DNA of 64,000 nt from Rubripirellula sp. (GTDB lineage: Bacteria > Planctomycetota > Planctomycetia > Pirellulales > Pirellulaceae). The DNA lies in NCBI GenBank assembly GCA_965216875.1, contig OZ244207.1:6848001-6912000 (forward strand), written 5' to 3'. A model generated the notes under the pieces. The model had not been told where the DNA came from. It worked only from the letters and a program-made list of their open reading frames with translations, and made no database searches. The position numbers and the translations under genes are program-made. Shown piece by piece: positions 28,944 to 39,358 of the stretch (positions within the stretch are counted from its first letter, which is position 1; each line of letters begins with the position of its first letter).

Positions 28944-29767
28944 CGGCGGATCTTTGTGAAGGCTTCGACTTGAGCTTTGAGGGCGATCTCGGTTGGCAAT
29001 CGTTCCATCGAACTGGCACCATAGAACCCGTCGATCGTGTCAACATGTTTCATCATGAAGTCGGCATCTTCGGGCATTGCGATCGGGCCACCGTGGCAAA
29101 GGACGATCACGTCGTCACGAACCTTTCTAGCGGCTTCGGCGATCGCGCCAACTTCGCGAACGCAGTCGTCAAGTGTTTTTGCCGTCGACGCGCCAATGGA
29201 ACCGCTGGTGGTTAGCCCCATGTGGGCAACGATGATGTCTGCGCCGGCCGATGTCAGTTCGATCGCCTGTTTGGGATCGAATGCATAGGGAGTGGTCAGC
29301 ATGTCAAGGTCGTGTGCTGCAGCGATGCATTGGACCTCCAGGTCGAATCCCATTCCCGTTTCTTCCAGCCCGATTCGAAACGATCCATCGATAAGGCCGA
29401 CGGTGGGGAAGTTTTGAATGCCAGCGAAACCGAGTTCTTTGAGTTCCTTCAAGAATGCATCTCGCAACATGAAGGGATCGGTTCCGCAGACACCAGCAAG
29501 CACTGGTGTGTGTTCGACCGCCGTGATGACTTCGCGCGCCATTTCTTTGACGATCTCGTTGGCGTTACCGTAGGGCATCAGACCGGCGAGCGATCCGCGA
29601 CCAGCCATGCGATAGCGGCCTGAGTTGTAAATAACAATCAAGTCGATGCCGCCAGCCTCTTCGCACTTGGCGCTAATGCCCGTGCCCGCTCCGCCGCCGA
29701 TGATCGGCAGTCCCTGTGCGATTTGGTCGTGTAGTCGAGCCAAAATGTCTTGACGTGATTCAGCCAT
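28940..29767 (-). CDS. Phosphoenolpyruvate-hydrolase-like TIM-barrel (TBST) protein
   Basis: [68 protein letters not shown]. Confidence 0.93.
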   Translation of the reverse strand: MAESRQDILARLHDQIAQGLPIIGGGAGTGISAKCEEAGGIDLIVIYNSGRYRMAGRGSLAGLMPYGNANEIVKEMAREVITAVEHTPVLAGVCGTDPFMLRDAFLKELKELGFAGIQNFPTVGLIDGSFRIGLEETGMGFDLEVQCIAAAHDLDMLTTPYAFDPKQAIELTSAGADIIVAHMGLTTSGSIGASTAKTLDDCVREVGAIAEAARKVRDDVIVLCHGGPIAMPEDADFMMKHVDTIDGFYGASSMERLPTEIALKAQVEAFTKIRR

Positions 29768-29777
29768 GTGTCTGCAT

Positions 29778-30992
29778 TCAGCGAGGTGTCTGCGATTTGT
29801 TCAGGTCCAAAAACTGTTCAACGAGGGTCGATGAGAACTCAGGATCGTTGATGTGGAAGGGTGTGCGCAGGAAACGCCGTTGATCGGTCTGCTCGATTTC
29901 CGCTTCAAGCGTCTCGAAAAGTGCGGCGTTGGCTTGGGGATCATAAAAGGGTTGGCCAGGCGCGTCGATCATCGAGACGCCGCCTTCGGGAATCACCACG
30001 GTGACAGGGCTCTTCGATGCGTTGAGTCGCTTTGCGATCCAAGTTGCGAACTGGCGGTTTTCTTCGACCGTGGTGCGCATGAGTGTGACCTGAGCGTTAT
30101 GGACGTGCAGATTTCGCTCGCGAAACTTGTCGGGCACCGTATCGAGGGCACCAAAATTGACCATGTCGAGCGCGCCAACACTCAAGACGAGCGGAATTCT
30201 TTTTTGGATCATTCGCTCAAATCGGCTCGGGCCCGCAGGAAAGATGCCTCCAACCACCTCATCGGCCACTTCGGTCGTCGAAATATCCAACACGCCCTGG
30301 ATCAGTCCCGATTCCACAAGCTGTTCCATGGCCCGACCACCTGAGCCGGTGGCGTGAAAGACGAGACACTCGAATCCCCGCTCTTCGAGAGACTGTCGCA
30401 CGGCTGTGACGCACGGAGTGGTGACGCCGAACATCGTCATGCCCAACGTTGACGCGGAATGTTGAAGCTCCAAACGGTGAGTGACCATGCCTGCTAGCGC
30501 ATGCGCGGCATTCCCCAAGACGGTCTGCGAAACGGCATTCAATCCCGCCACGTCGACAACCGAATACATCATCGTGATGTCGCTACAGTCGATGTACGGT
30601 GCGGTATTGCCGCTGGCCACGGTCGACACCATCAGCTTGGGCATCCCGATCGGTAGCTGGCGCAAGGCTCGCGTGATCAGCGCGGTGCCACCGCTGCCGC
30701 CAATGCCGATCACTCCCGCGAGTTCACCCGCCGAAGCGACGTCACGAAGATAGTCGGCGAGAGCTTCGCCCATCGCCGTGACGGCCGTGCCTCGATCACC
30801 GGTCTCGTTGATGGAAGCGTCGCCGAGGATCGTTTTGCGATCGATATCGGGGGCGACGGTTGGGGCGTCATGCACCCCGACGTCGACTGTCTTCACGAGA
30901 ACGCCAGCCTTTCTCAGGCAGGCGGCGACATAAGCAAGCTCTTCACCTTTTGTATCCATCGTGGCGATGGCATAGACCATGGGAGCAGTCAT
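29778..30992 (-). CDS. Tm-1-like ATP-binding domain protein (UPF0261)
   Basis: [59 protein letters not shown]. Confidence 0.93.
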   Translation of the reverse strand: MTAPMVYAIATMDTKGEELAYVAACLRKAGVLVKTVDVGVHDAPTVAPDIDRKTILGDASINETGDRGTAVTAMGEALADYLRDVASAGELAGVIGIGGSGGTALITRALRQLPIGMPKLMVSTVASGNTAPYIDCSDITMMYSVVDVAGLNAVSQTVLGNAAHALAGMVTHRLELQHSASTLGMTMFGVTTPCVTAVRQSLEERGFECLVFHATGSGGRAMEQLVESGLIQGVLDISTTEVADEVVGGIFPAGPSRFERMIQKRIPLVLSVGALDMVNFGALDTVPDKFRERNLHVHNAQVTLMRTTVEENRQFATWIAKRLNASKSPVTVVIPEGGVSMIDAPGQPFYDPQANAALFETLEAEIEQTDQRRFLRTPFHINDPEFSSTLVEQFLDLNKSQTPR

Positions 30993-31146
30993 TGTTCGTT
31001 ACTGGCAGCAAAATCGAAAGGAATGAAGGTGCGAGAGGAAGGTACCACGAATAGCACGAATCACACGAATAGCGAGGATAACAAACCTTGAGCGACTTTG
31101 GCGTCCTGCAACAGTGCAATGCCAGTGCACCGATCAGCAGACCCGA

Positions 31147-31189
31147 GCCTTAGGTACTGCGGGCCTTAGGTACTTCGGGCCTTAGGTAC
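31147..31189. repeat. 16-bp tandem repeat x3 (GCCTTAGGTAC core)
   Basis: Cores at 31147, 31163, 31179. Confidence 0.9.
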
Positions 31190-31215
31190 AATGAGTCGTC
31201 TCACCTTTCGCCCTG

Positions 31216-31272
31216 CCCCACTACGACCGACTCGCCCACCACAACCAACTTGCCCACCATAACCAACTTGCC
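31216..31272. repeat. 18-bp tandem repeat ending at the sulfatase start codon
   Basis: GCCCACCAYAACCAACTT at 31234 and 31252, a degenerate third copy upstream, then GCC-ATG. Confidence 0.85.
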
Positions 31273-32727
31273 ATGCAACGTTTCTGTCTTCTTCTGATTG
31301 TCGTGTTGTCTACCGGCCACGTCACAGCACACAGTGCCGAGGCCGAACGCTACAACGTGTTGTTCATCATTTCTGATGACCTGACGGCGACCGCCCTGTC
31401 ATGTTACGGGAACAAGGTATGTCAAACTCCGAACATCGATGCGATCGCCGCAAAGGGAACACGCTTCACGCGCGCCTATTGCCAGGGCACGTATTGTGGC
31501 CCGTCGCGCGCCTCTTTCATGTCGGGTTACTACCCGCATGCGACCGCCACACTTGGCTACAGAAATCCTCGGTCGAAGATCGGCGACCGAGCAATGTGGT
31601 CTCAGCACTTCAAGGACAACGGGTATTACACCGCGCGCGTCAGCAAGATCTTTCATATGGGTGTGCCGGGCGGTGTTGAGTTGGGGACGGATCCCAAGAA
31701 ACACGACAATTTCAACGGTGCCGACGATGCATTGAGTTGGACCGAGCGGTTCAATAGCCCAGGTCCTGAATGGAAAGCCGCCGGTGATGGCGAGACTTTG
31801 GAAGGCAACCCGAACGGCACTCGCCCAGTCGTGGGCGGCAACACGTTTGTTGTGGTCGAAGCCGATGGCGATGACCTTGTGCATAGCGACGGAAAGACGG
31901 CAGCGAAGGCTGTCGAGTTGATCGAGCAGCACAAAGAGGAGCCCTTCTGGATTGGCGTTGGGTTCGTGCGGCCGCACGTTCCCTTCGTAGCACCAAGAAA
32001 GTACTTCGAACCGTTTCTTCCCTATTCGTCGATGGAGCTTCCCGAGAAGGTTGCGGGCGATTGGGATGACATTCCCAAGCCGGGCATCAACTACAAGACA
32101 AGCGTGAATATGAAGATGGACATCCGCCGCCAAAAGAAAGCGGTTGGCGGTTACTATGCGTCCGTAGCCTACATGGATGCTCAGGTTGGCAAAGTCACCA
32201 AGGCGCTGCGTGATAACGGGCTGGAGGACAAGACCATCGTTATTTTCACAAGTGACCATGGCTACCATCTTGGCGAGCATGACTTTTGGGCCAAGGTCTC
32301 ACTGCGCGACGAATCGGCCGCCGTGCCTTTGATCATTCATGTTCCCGGCAAGCCGCCAGCCGTTTGCCATAGCCTTGCCGAATTGATCGATCTGTACCCG
32401 ACCACCGCAGCCCTTTGCGGTTTGCCCGCGCAACCAAGATTGCAGGGTCGCGATCTTTCTCCGATGCTAGACGATCCGGATCACCAAGTGCGTGACGCGG
32501 CATTCAGCGTTGCCCCGATGCGCAAAGGATTTCTGTTGCGAGAAGATCGTTGGGCATTCATCCAATACAACGAGAATGGTTCTGGCGGCATCGAATTGTT
32601 TGATACCAAGTCGGACCCAAAGCAGTACACCAACCTTGCCAACGATCCGCGGCACCAAGCAACGGTTGCGGCGTTTCAAGCCAAACTCGCTTCGAAGCTT
32701 GAAGCTGTGCGAGACAATGATCTTTGA
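31273..32727 (+). CDS. Secreted sulfatase (iduronate-2-sulfatase-like)
   Basis: NVLFIISDDL, CGPSR, RPHVPF, SDHGYHLGEH. Confidence 0.93.
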   Translation: MQRFCLLLIVVLSTGHVTAHSAEAERYNVLFIISDDLTATALSCYGNKVCQTPNIDAIAAKGTRFTRAYCQGTYCGPSRASFMSGYYPHATATLGYRNPRSKIGDRAMWSQHFKDNGYYTARVSKIFHMGVPGGVELGTDPKKHDNFNGADDALSWTERFNSPGPEWKAAGDGETLEGNPNGTRPVVGGNTFVVVEADGDDLVHSDGKTAAKAVELIEQHKEEPFWIGVGFVRPHVPFVAPRKYFEPFLPYSSMELPEKVAGDWDDIPKPGINYKTSVNMKMDIRRQKKAVGGYYASVAYMDAQVGKVTKALRDNGLEDKTIVIFTSDHGYHLGEHDFWAKVSLRDESAAVPLIIHVPGKPPAVCHSLAELIDLYPTTAALCGLPAQPRLQGRDLSPMLDDPDHQVRDAAFSVAPMRKGFLLREDRWAFIQYNENGSGGIELFDTKSDPKQYTNLANDPRHQATVAAFQAKLASKLEAVRDNDL

Positions 32728-32728
32728 T

Positions 32729-33904
32729 TCAGTAGGTGTAGACGTTGTTGTTGGTGACAGGCGTGGGGTAAACGGGGATCCAGCTTTGATTGGCGGGGTA
32801 CGTTTGGCCGGACGAATACATCGGCCACGCCGTGACTTGGTTGGGCGAGGCATCGAACGGTGGAATCGCCTGGCGCGATAGTCGCGGGTCGTCGGGCATG
32901 CGGCGCCCATGACGCTTGCGTCCTCGACGCACGGCAACACCGTCAATTTTGCCGTCACTGCGAAAGACCAGTGGTTCCCAGTCAATCACGCATCCGGGCA
33001 ACGCGTCGGAAAGCTTCTTGACGGCCGCGGCCGATACGGGGCTGCGTTTGAGATTGATGTAACGAAGCTGTGACATCGAATAGAGATGCTTCAGCCCCGT
33101 GTCGGTGACAGCGGTCCGTTCAAGGTAGAGCTGCTGGAGCCCTTCGCAGTGTGAAAGATCGAACATCGCGCGGTCGCTAATCTTGGTATGCGACGCATTG
33201 AACCAACGAATGTCTTTGTCGCGAAGCCAATTCATCGCTCCGGCATCGAGTCCAGTCCGCGAAAGGTCAATCGATTGGAGTTGGCTGAGGTCGTCGAACG
33301 ACTTGAGTTCGGACGTTCGCAATTGCATGCCCTTCAATCGTAAACGTTCGAGATCGGTCAATTTCGAGATCGACTCGAGGATCGGCTTCTTCTGTTTATC
33401 GGCCGAGGGCGAGGTGCTGGTCGAAACATTGATCGCGGCGCGAAAAAAGTCGTCGCCAAACCAATCGACGAGTGACGCAGGTGGTTGCGCTGCTGTTCCG
33501 GGCATCATTGCGACGACAGGGCTTTCACGCGGCGAGTACATCACAAAGACGCTTTCGGTGATCAGCCGATCGACGGCGGCAGCTTGACGTTGAGAACGAT
33601 GATAGATGTTGCCCACCCAGGCGAAGCCGAGTGCAAAACACGCAAACGCCACAAGCAGGAACCGCAGTGTGAATTGTCGCCTTCGCTTTTGTTTCGATTG
33701 CGTCTGGACGGCAAGCAACGACGTGAGTTGCTCAAGCCGTTGATCGAGGTTTTGCATTTGATGCGCAACGCGGTCGAACGATTTCGAAAGTTCCGCCCCC
33801 TGGTGCGGCGGAACGCCGGGGTCGTTTGGTTCGGCTGGATCCTCTCGGTTCGACTTTGAGTTGGGCGCCATGGCGGGGTCCGGGGCTGGAGTCGAAGAAA
33901 CCAA
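32729..33904 (-). CDS. Membrane-anchored leucine-rich repeat protein
   Basis: RQFTLRFLL plus TM; LRRs LQSIDLSRT, LQQLYLERTAVTD, LRYINLKRSPVS; ALPGCVI cap. Start uncertain. Confidence 0.82.
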   Translation of the reverse strand: MVSSTPAPDPAMAPNSKSNREDPAEPNDPGVPPHQGAELSKSFDRVAHQMQNLDQRLEQLTSLLAVQTQSKQKRRRQFTLRFLLVAFACFALGFAWVGNIYHRSQRQAAAVDRLITESVFVMYSPRESPVVAMMPGTAAQPPASLVDWFGDDFFRAAINVSTSTSPSADKQKKPILESISKLTDLERLRLKGMQLRTSELKSFDDLSQLQSIDLSRTGLDAGAMNWLRDKDIRWFNASHTKISDRAMFDLSHCEGLQQLYLERTAVTDTGLKHLYSMSQLRYINLKRSPVSAAAVKKLSDALPGCVIDWEPLVFRSDGKIDGVAVRRGRKRHGRRMPDDPRLSRQAIPPFDASPNQVTAWPMYSSGQTYPANQSWIPVYPTPVTNNNVYTY

Positions 33905-34037
33905 TCAGTTCATGATAGGCGATTCACGCCGATCGGTGCTCTCTCAATTTGAGGGTTGTTTTTCAATCTCGACGAACTTTGCTAGGCTGATGTCGACCCT
34001 CCCAAGCACTCCGGCTCAGGCTAGTAGAGAACGTTCC

Positions 34038-34676
34038 ATGACGCGGCGATTCCTTGCGTTTGTTGTTGCGATCACCTTCATCGCCTCGACTCCGTTTGTC
34101 GATGCGGGAACCTACAATCTCGTGCTTGACATCGGCGACGACGCGCCTCATTGGAACGATCTGCCGGGGACTGACGGTGCAAAGCATTCGTTCGCGGACC
34201 TCGAAGACGCCAAAGCCGTGGTCGTGGTCTTCACTTGCAACTCCTGCCCCTACGCCGTCGATATCGAGGACCGTTTGCTCGAGTTTGACAAAGAGTTCTC
34301 CAAGCGTGGCGTGGCGCTTGTCGCTATCAACGTGAACAAGGTCGAGGATGACTTGATGCCAGCGATGAAGGAAAAGGCGGAAGAGAAGAAGTTCACTTTC
34401 ACCTACCTTTTCGACGAGACTCAGAAGATCGCCAAAGACTACGGTGCGAAGTACACGCCCGAGTTTTTTGTCCTCGATGGCGATCGCAAAGTCGCATACA
34501 TGGGATCGATGGACGATAGCCCTGACGGGACAAAGGTGAGCCAGAAGTACGTTCAACTGGCGGTCGAGTCGGTCCTGAAGGGCGAAGATCTCGAGAAGGC
34601 CGAGACCGTTCCCATTGGCTGCCGGGTCCGGTACGACAGGAAGCGGCGAACGCGCCGAAGTCGTCCCGCCGAATGA
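34038..34676 (+). CDS. Thioredoxin-like (AhpC/TSA) family protein
   Basis: Signal peptide; VFTCNSCPY, YLFDETQKIAKDYGAKYTPEFF, PIGC. Confidence 0.9.
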   Translation: MTRRFLAFVVAITFIASTPFVDAGTYNLVLDIGDDAPHWNDLPGTDGAKHSFADLEDAKAVVVVFTCNSCPYAVDIEDRLLEFDKEFSKRGVALVAINVNKVEDDLMPAMKEKAEEKKFTFTYLFDETQKIAKDYGAKYTPEFFVLDGDRKVAYMGSMDDSPDGTKVSQKYVQLAVESVLKGEDLEKAETVPIGCRVRYDRKRRTRRSRPAE

Positions 34677-34821
34677 GTGCCAGGGTTTCTGCCCGTGGCA
34701 AACTTCTAAAATCTTCGGAACACCCATTCTCGGGCGGTGTTTGAAATCCAGCGGCCCGGATCCGTCATACAGGGTCGCGCTACGCGCTGACTTGTCTTTT
34801 TTCTCACTGGAAAGTGCTCTG

Positions 34822-36183
34822 ATGCCACGAATCAAGGTCTTTTTCGGGTTTGTCGCTCTCGGTTTGTTACTGGGTACATCGGCCGATGCTGATTGGTTGC
34901 GTTTTCGAGGGCCGAATGGATCGGGGATCAGTGGTGACTCGGCCGCGACCCCGACGAAATGGAGTCCCAAAGAGAATCTCAAGTGGAAAGTTCCCTTGCC
35001 TGGCGCCGGCGTTTCGAGCCCGATCGTCGTTGGCGATCGAATCTTTGTGACCTGCTATTCCGGCTACGGGCTCGATCGTCGCGAACCTGGTGACATCAAC
35101 AACCTGATGCGACACCTCGTTTGCGTTGACCGCAAGAGCGGTGACATCCTGTGGGACAAGTCGATCAAAGCGGCCCAGCCCGAGGACCCCTACTCGGGAA
35201 TGGGCGTGCCATCACACGGCTACGCTTCTCACACACCTGTTTCTGACGGACAAAACGTCTACGTCTTCTTTGGCAAGTCAGGCGTCGTTGCGTATGACAT
35301 GGAAGGCAACGAGAAATGGACCCGCAGCGTCGGTACGGATAGTGACCGCCGAAAATGGGGTTCGTCATCGAGTCCCATTCTCTACAAAGACATTGTCATT
35401 GTGACCGCGAGCGCCGAAAGTCGGTCGCTCGTTGGACTCAACAAGGAAACGGGAGAACAAGTTTGGCGTCAAGAAACCGATGGCCTCACCGATGTTTGGG
35501 GAACGCCCTTGTTGGCAAAGGTGGAAGACCGCACCGACTTGGTGATCGGAGTGCCCTATGAGTTTTGGGGTTTGAATCCTGAGTCGGGGAAACTCCGATG
35601 GTATAGCGAAGCGATGAATACCGACTCGTACAACTCAAGCGTCGTTGAATCCGACGGAGTGATCTACGGCATTGAAGGACGTGGTGGTGGATCGGCCGCG
35701 ATCAAGGCGGGTGGCAAAGGCGATGTGACGGATGCCAACACCGTTTGGACCGGATCTGATTCAGCACGATTTGGAACGCCGTTGGTGTATAAGAACCGCA
35801 TCTACTATTTCTCCAACGGTGTCGCGTCCTGCATCAGCGCCGAGGATGGGACATCGGTCTTCAAAGGACGCTTGCCTGGCTCGAGTTCGTCCGGGCGCGG
35901 CGGGAGTGGCGGATTTGGTCAAGGCGGCGGGTTCTCAGGCCGCGGTGGACGAGGCGGCTTTGGGTCCCAAGACTATTCTTCGCCCGTGGCCGCTGACGGA
36001 AAGGTCTACTACGTCAAGAGCAACGGAACAACGATTGTCTTGGAAGCCGGTGACAAGTTCAAACTGTTGTCGACCAACGAGTTGACTGATGACAAAGAGG
36101 TGTTCAGCGGCACGCCCGCGATCAGCAACGGCCAGATCTTCGTTCGCTCGGACAAGCACCTTTATTGCATCGCTGAGGAGTAA
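34822..36183 (+). CDS. PQQ-binding-like beta-propeller protein
   Basis: Signal peptide, DWLRFRGPNGSG, SSPIVVG, HGYASHTP, TPAISNGQIFVRS. Confidence 0.9.
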   Translation: MPRIKVFFGFVALGLLLGTSADADWLRFRGPNGSGISGDSAATPTKWSPKENLKWKVPLPGAGVSSPIVVGDRIFVTCYSGYGLDRREPGDINNLMRHLVCVDRKSGDILWDKSIKAAQPEDPYSGMGVPSHGYASHTPVSDGQNVYVFFGKSGVVAYDMEGNEKWTRSVGTDSDRRKWGSSSSPILYKDIVIVTASAESRSLVGLNKETGEQVWRQETDGLTDVWGTPLLAKVEDRTDLVIGVPYEFWGLNPESGKLRWYSEAMNTDSYNSSVVESDGVIYGIEGRGGGSAAIKAGGKGDVTDANTVWTGSDSARFGTPLVYKNRIYYFSNGVASCISAEDGTSVFKGRLPGSSSSGRGGSGGFGQGGGFSGRGGRGGFGSQDYSSPVAADGKVYYVKSNGTTIVLEAGDKFKLLSTNELTDDKEVFSGTPAISNGQIFVRSDKHLYCIAEE

Positions 36184-36305
36184 GGTTGCTGTAAGGCGTG
36201 AGCCGTGATCGCGTAAGCGGCCGGTCCTCATCGCGCCATGTAGCCTTGCACAGATTGTTGATGCCAAGATAGGACGATGAGTCGTTTATTGGCGTTTGGG
36301 ACCAA

Positions 36306-36344
36306 GCCGGATCTGCCTCGCTGTCGCTCCTTGATCCGGCCTAC
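36306..36344 (-). repeat. GTAG-type REP-like hairpin
   Basis: Minus strand GTAG-GCCGGATC-N19-GATCCGGC between convergent genes. Confidence 0.7.
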
Positions 36345-36349
36345 GTTGG

Positions 36350-37927
36350 CTACCTACCGGCTGATGCTGCCGAGCTGGATCTGCGAAAACGATTCAGACG
36401 TCCGATGACGATTTCCCTGAGTCGCTGACGCTCTCCGTCGGTCACAAACTCGTTATGGAAGACGGCTGCCAAGGCGATGGCCAGGATGAGCACCGATGCC
36501 GGAATGTAGCCACCGACCAGCGCGGACGGTAACGCCATCAGCACGTACGTTGCAAACGGAAAACAAAATCCAGCACGTGCGGCGAGCCAGAGCATCGCCC
36601 AGAGCACCAAGCTTGTCGCCATAAACGTGCCGACGGCAATGCCAAGGATCCCGAACGTTGGGAACAACACGATCCCAAACAACACGTTGGCGATCAGTCC
36701 GACCAAGAAGCAAGCCGACGTTGACCAGGCTTGTTTGGAACACCACGCCGCGTTCTGCGCGACGAACGCGATACTGAAGGTGATTCCAGTGGCCATGGCC
36801 CAGGGCAGCAACTCGACAGCGAGTTCAAACTTCCCGTCCATCAGAGTGGAGAAGAGCGTATTGCCCATTGCGAGCACACCGATTCCGGCGACACAAAAAC
36901 TGATCGACACAAACTTCAACAGTCGGCCGAGTCGTTGGATCGCAGCGGCGTGATTGCCTTGGTCCCAGTCTTGCACCAGATGCGGCGTGACCATGGCGGC
37001 AAGGCTCATCGCAAACTGCGCCATCAGTCGAGGAATGATTCGAGCGGCGTGATACTGGCCAACGAAGAACATCGCGAGTTGTTCGTTTTCGGTCAGGTGC
37101 ACCATCAACATTCGATCGCTCATGCGAAACGAATTGGCGATCAACGTTGCCAACCATATCGCCACCGCGAACGGCAGGATGTGTTTGATTGCTGCAACGA
37201 AGTGTGTCCAAAGTGGTTCTTTCGGCTCGTCGTCCGCTTCCGCTTCCGCTTCGGCGCCGAGTTCACGAAACGTTGTGCGCAATAGCCAAGCGGCGACGGC
37301 GGCCCCAATGATGCTTGCGACCGCATAGGCAACGACGACGCCGCCCGATCCATACGAGAAGGCGGGGACGAAGACGAGACACAAAGCGGCAAAGGCGATG
37401 CCGTGAACCGCTTGGATTCCAGCGAACGCACGGTGTTGGCGAAGTGCCGTCATCAGCGCCGTGAGGTAATTGAAAACCACGACGGTGACCAAGGTTGGGA
37501 TCAGCAACAGGTACCACGATGATCCCGAGGGGGCGTTCACTAGGAACGCGCCGAGTGGCTCGCGAAACAGAATCATTGCGCCAGTGCTTGCGGCAAGAAT
37601 GGCGGCGCATGCGATCGCAGTGATCTGAACGAACCGAATGAGCTGGTTCTTTTGACGGTACGATTCCGCGAATCGGCCAAACGCGCCCGGAATCCCTAGC
37701 ACGACCAAAGGCCCAACCGACAACAGGAACGTGAATTCGAGATCCCATTGGCCAAGCTCATCGGTCGGCAACCAGCGACAGAGGATGACCGATCGGCCAA
37801 GGCCAACGAACCGTTGAAACAAGGTCAGTACGGCGAGAAAGATGACGCCCGCCGCAAGTGTTTGAGTTCCTGATCCAAGCTTGGGGCGTCGAGACCATAC
37901 GCGTTGAATCGCATTGCGGGCATTCAC
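36350..37927 (-). CDS. Oligosaccharide flippase (Wzx/MOP superfamily)
   Basis: About 12-14 hydrophobic helices, ELGQW, SDRMLM..VGQYHAA; GTG start overlaps upstream TGA. Confidence 0.82.
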   Translation of the reverse strand: MNARNAIQRVWSRRPKLGSGTQTLAAGVIFLAVLTLFQRFVGLGRSVILCRWLPTDELGQWDLEFTFLLSVGPLVVLGIPGAFGRFAESYRQKNQLIRFVQITAIACAAILAASTGAMILFREPLGAFLVNAPSGSSWYLLLIPTLVTVVVFNYLTALMTALRQHRAFAGIQAVHGIAFAALCLVFVPAFSYGSGGVVVAYAVASIIGAAVAAWLLRTTFRELGAEAEAEADDEPKEPLWTHFVAAIKHILPFAVAIWLATLIANSFRMSDRMLMVHLTENEQLAMFFVGQYHAARIIPRLMAQFAMSLAAMVTPHLVQDWDQGNHAAAIQRLGRLLKFVSISFCVAGIGVLAMGNTLFSTLMDGKFELAVELLPWAMATGITFSIAFVAQNAAWCSKQAWSTSACFLVGLIANVLFGIVLFPTFGILGIAVGTFMATSLVLWAMLWLAARAGFCFPFATYVLMALPSALVGGYIPASVLILAIALAAVFHNEFVTDGERQRLREIVIGRLNRFRRSSSAASAGR

Positions 37928-39219
37928 GACTGGCGACACTCGCTAATGGTTGAACGCACGCGTGGTCGTACCGAGACGACCTCTTCTTGCTGAGCGACCG
38001 AGGCCGATCGCTTTGCAAAGCGGCGTACCGGTCCGGCAAAGAGCTCGGCAAACACAACCAACGTTGGAACAGGATCACGCAACTGAAATGTGACGTGCGT
38101 CCTGCTACGCAAGTTTGCAGCGATCGTGTTCTTGATCCAACTGCCGATTTCACCAAATGAACGTTCTCTACCCGAGATTGCCTTTTTCAAACCCAGTACA
38201 TCGCCGTACAACCATGTGTAGCGCCGGCCGATGGGGGATCGAAACGGCTCTGGTATCGATGGCGTTGCGCCACATGATTGCTGCAACCACCAATGGGGAA
38301 GGTCAAGGTTGCAGCCGATCGCGCACGCGACGTTGGCACCGAGCCGCGCGTTGATTTCAAGGAATGTCGCTTGGCCAGTGGAAGGGTCGATCAAATACTG
38401 GAGGCATCCCGCACCGTGGTAGTTCAGCGATTCCGCGAGCGCCTCGAGGTGGTTGGACCAATCATGATCAGGCTCGACGGCATGACCTTCGACTGCGTAT
38501 CCCGTGCCGTCCCATTGGTCGGTCCGATCGATTTGGATTTCGACGCTTGCCTGGACCTTGCCGTGGTCGGCAAAAAAGTAAATGTTGCGCCGAGGGCACG
38601 AGTAATATCGCTGGACGATCGATTCGCTGGGGATCGCATCTAGTTGGCTGGAAAACTGATCGAGTCGTTCGCAAAGCGATTGGCGGCTCAGTGCGATGAA
38701 CGCCTTTTTACCGAAGATTCGTGAGGTCTCGTTTTCCGGTTTGATGATGCACGGAAACCCAATCTCGTCTGCAGCGGAAAGCAACTCCGGTGCGCCCCCT
38801 GCAACACTTGCGAAAGCTGCGTTGGGGATAGACAGCTGATCAACCCGACGAAACATCTCGGTCTTTTGTTGGCAGGCATCGACCACCTCGGATGTCGGCA
38901 TCACCCATGTGACGGACTTCGATAGTGACTCGCGATGTTGACATAGAAAGAGGATCTCGGAATCGCCAACGGGAAAAACTGCCGTGATCTCTGGGTGCTG
39001 CTCGATGAAGACGTCGAGAGCGGCGAGGAATTGGCCTGGATTCTCGGCGTCGATTTCGGGGTGTTGCCATGTTCGGCAAACGAATCGCGACCGATCGACA
39101 TAGGTTTTCGATTCGGTCCGACCGAGGATCACATTGCGCGAAGCGCCTAGCGACCGCGCCACCGCCAACGATTGTCGGTAGGCACCGAGCACGAGAACGG
39201 TTTGTTTGTCAGAATCCAT
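37924..39219 (-). CDS. ATP-grasp carboxylate-amine ligase
   Basis: LAVARSLG, VFPVGD, IGFPCIIKP, IVQRY, FLEINARL. Confidence 0.85.
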   Translation of the reverse strand: MDSDKQTVLVLGAYRQSLAVARSLGASRNVILGRTESKTYVDRSRFVCRTWQHPEIDAENPGQFLAALDVFIEQHPEITAVFPVGDSEILFLCQHRESLSKSVTWVMPTSEVVDACQQKTEMFRRVDQLSIPNAAFASVAGGAPELLSAADEIGFPCIIKPENETSRIFGKKAFIALSRQSLCERLDQFSSQLDAIPSESIVQRYYSCPRRNIYFFADHGKVQASVEIQIDRTDQWDGTGYAVEGHAVEPDHDWSNHLEALAESLNYHGAGCLQYLIDPSTGQATFLEINARLGANVACAIGCNLDLPHWWLQQSCGATPSIPEPFRSPIGRRYTWLYGDVLGLKKAISGRERSFGEIGSWIKNTIAANLRSRTHVTFQLRDPVPTLVVFAELFAGPVRRFAKRSASVAQQEEVVSVRPRVRSTISECRQS

Positions 39220-39358
39220 CGAATCGTTAGTCCTTGGTCGCAGAGTTGCCGGAACACTGCGAAAACATAGGTCAGCCGCGGTGTCCTGACCCGCGAAAAC
39301 CTACGTTTTCGCAGCGCATCAAAAGCACTTCCGAGCTGTGGACGACCCACTACGATCG

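Noticed and set aside
33963..34982. Long antisense ORFs (also 8470-9396, 31399-32280, 49436-50362, 54744-55574, 60550-61266)
   Set aside because: Shadows of well-supported genes on the opposite strand, as expected in GC-rich DNA.
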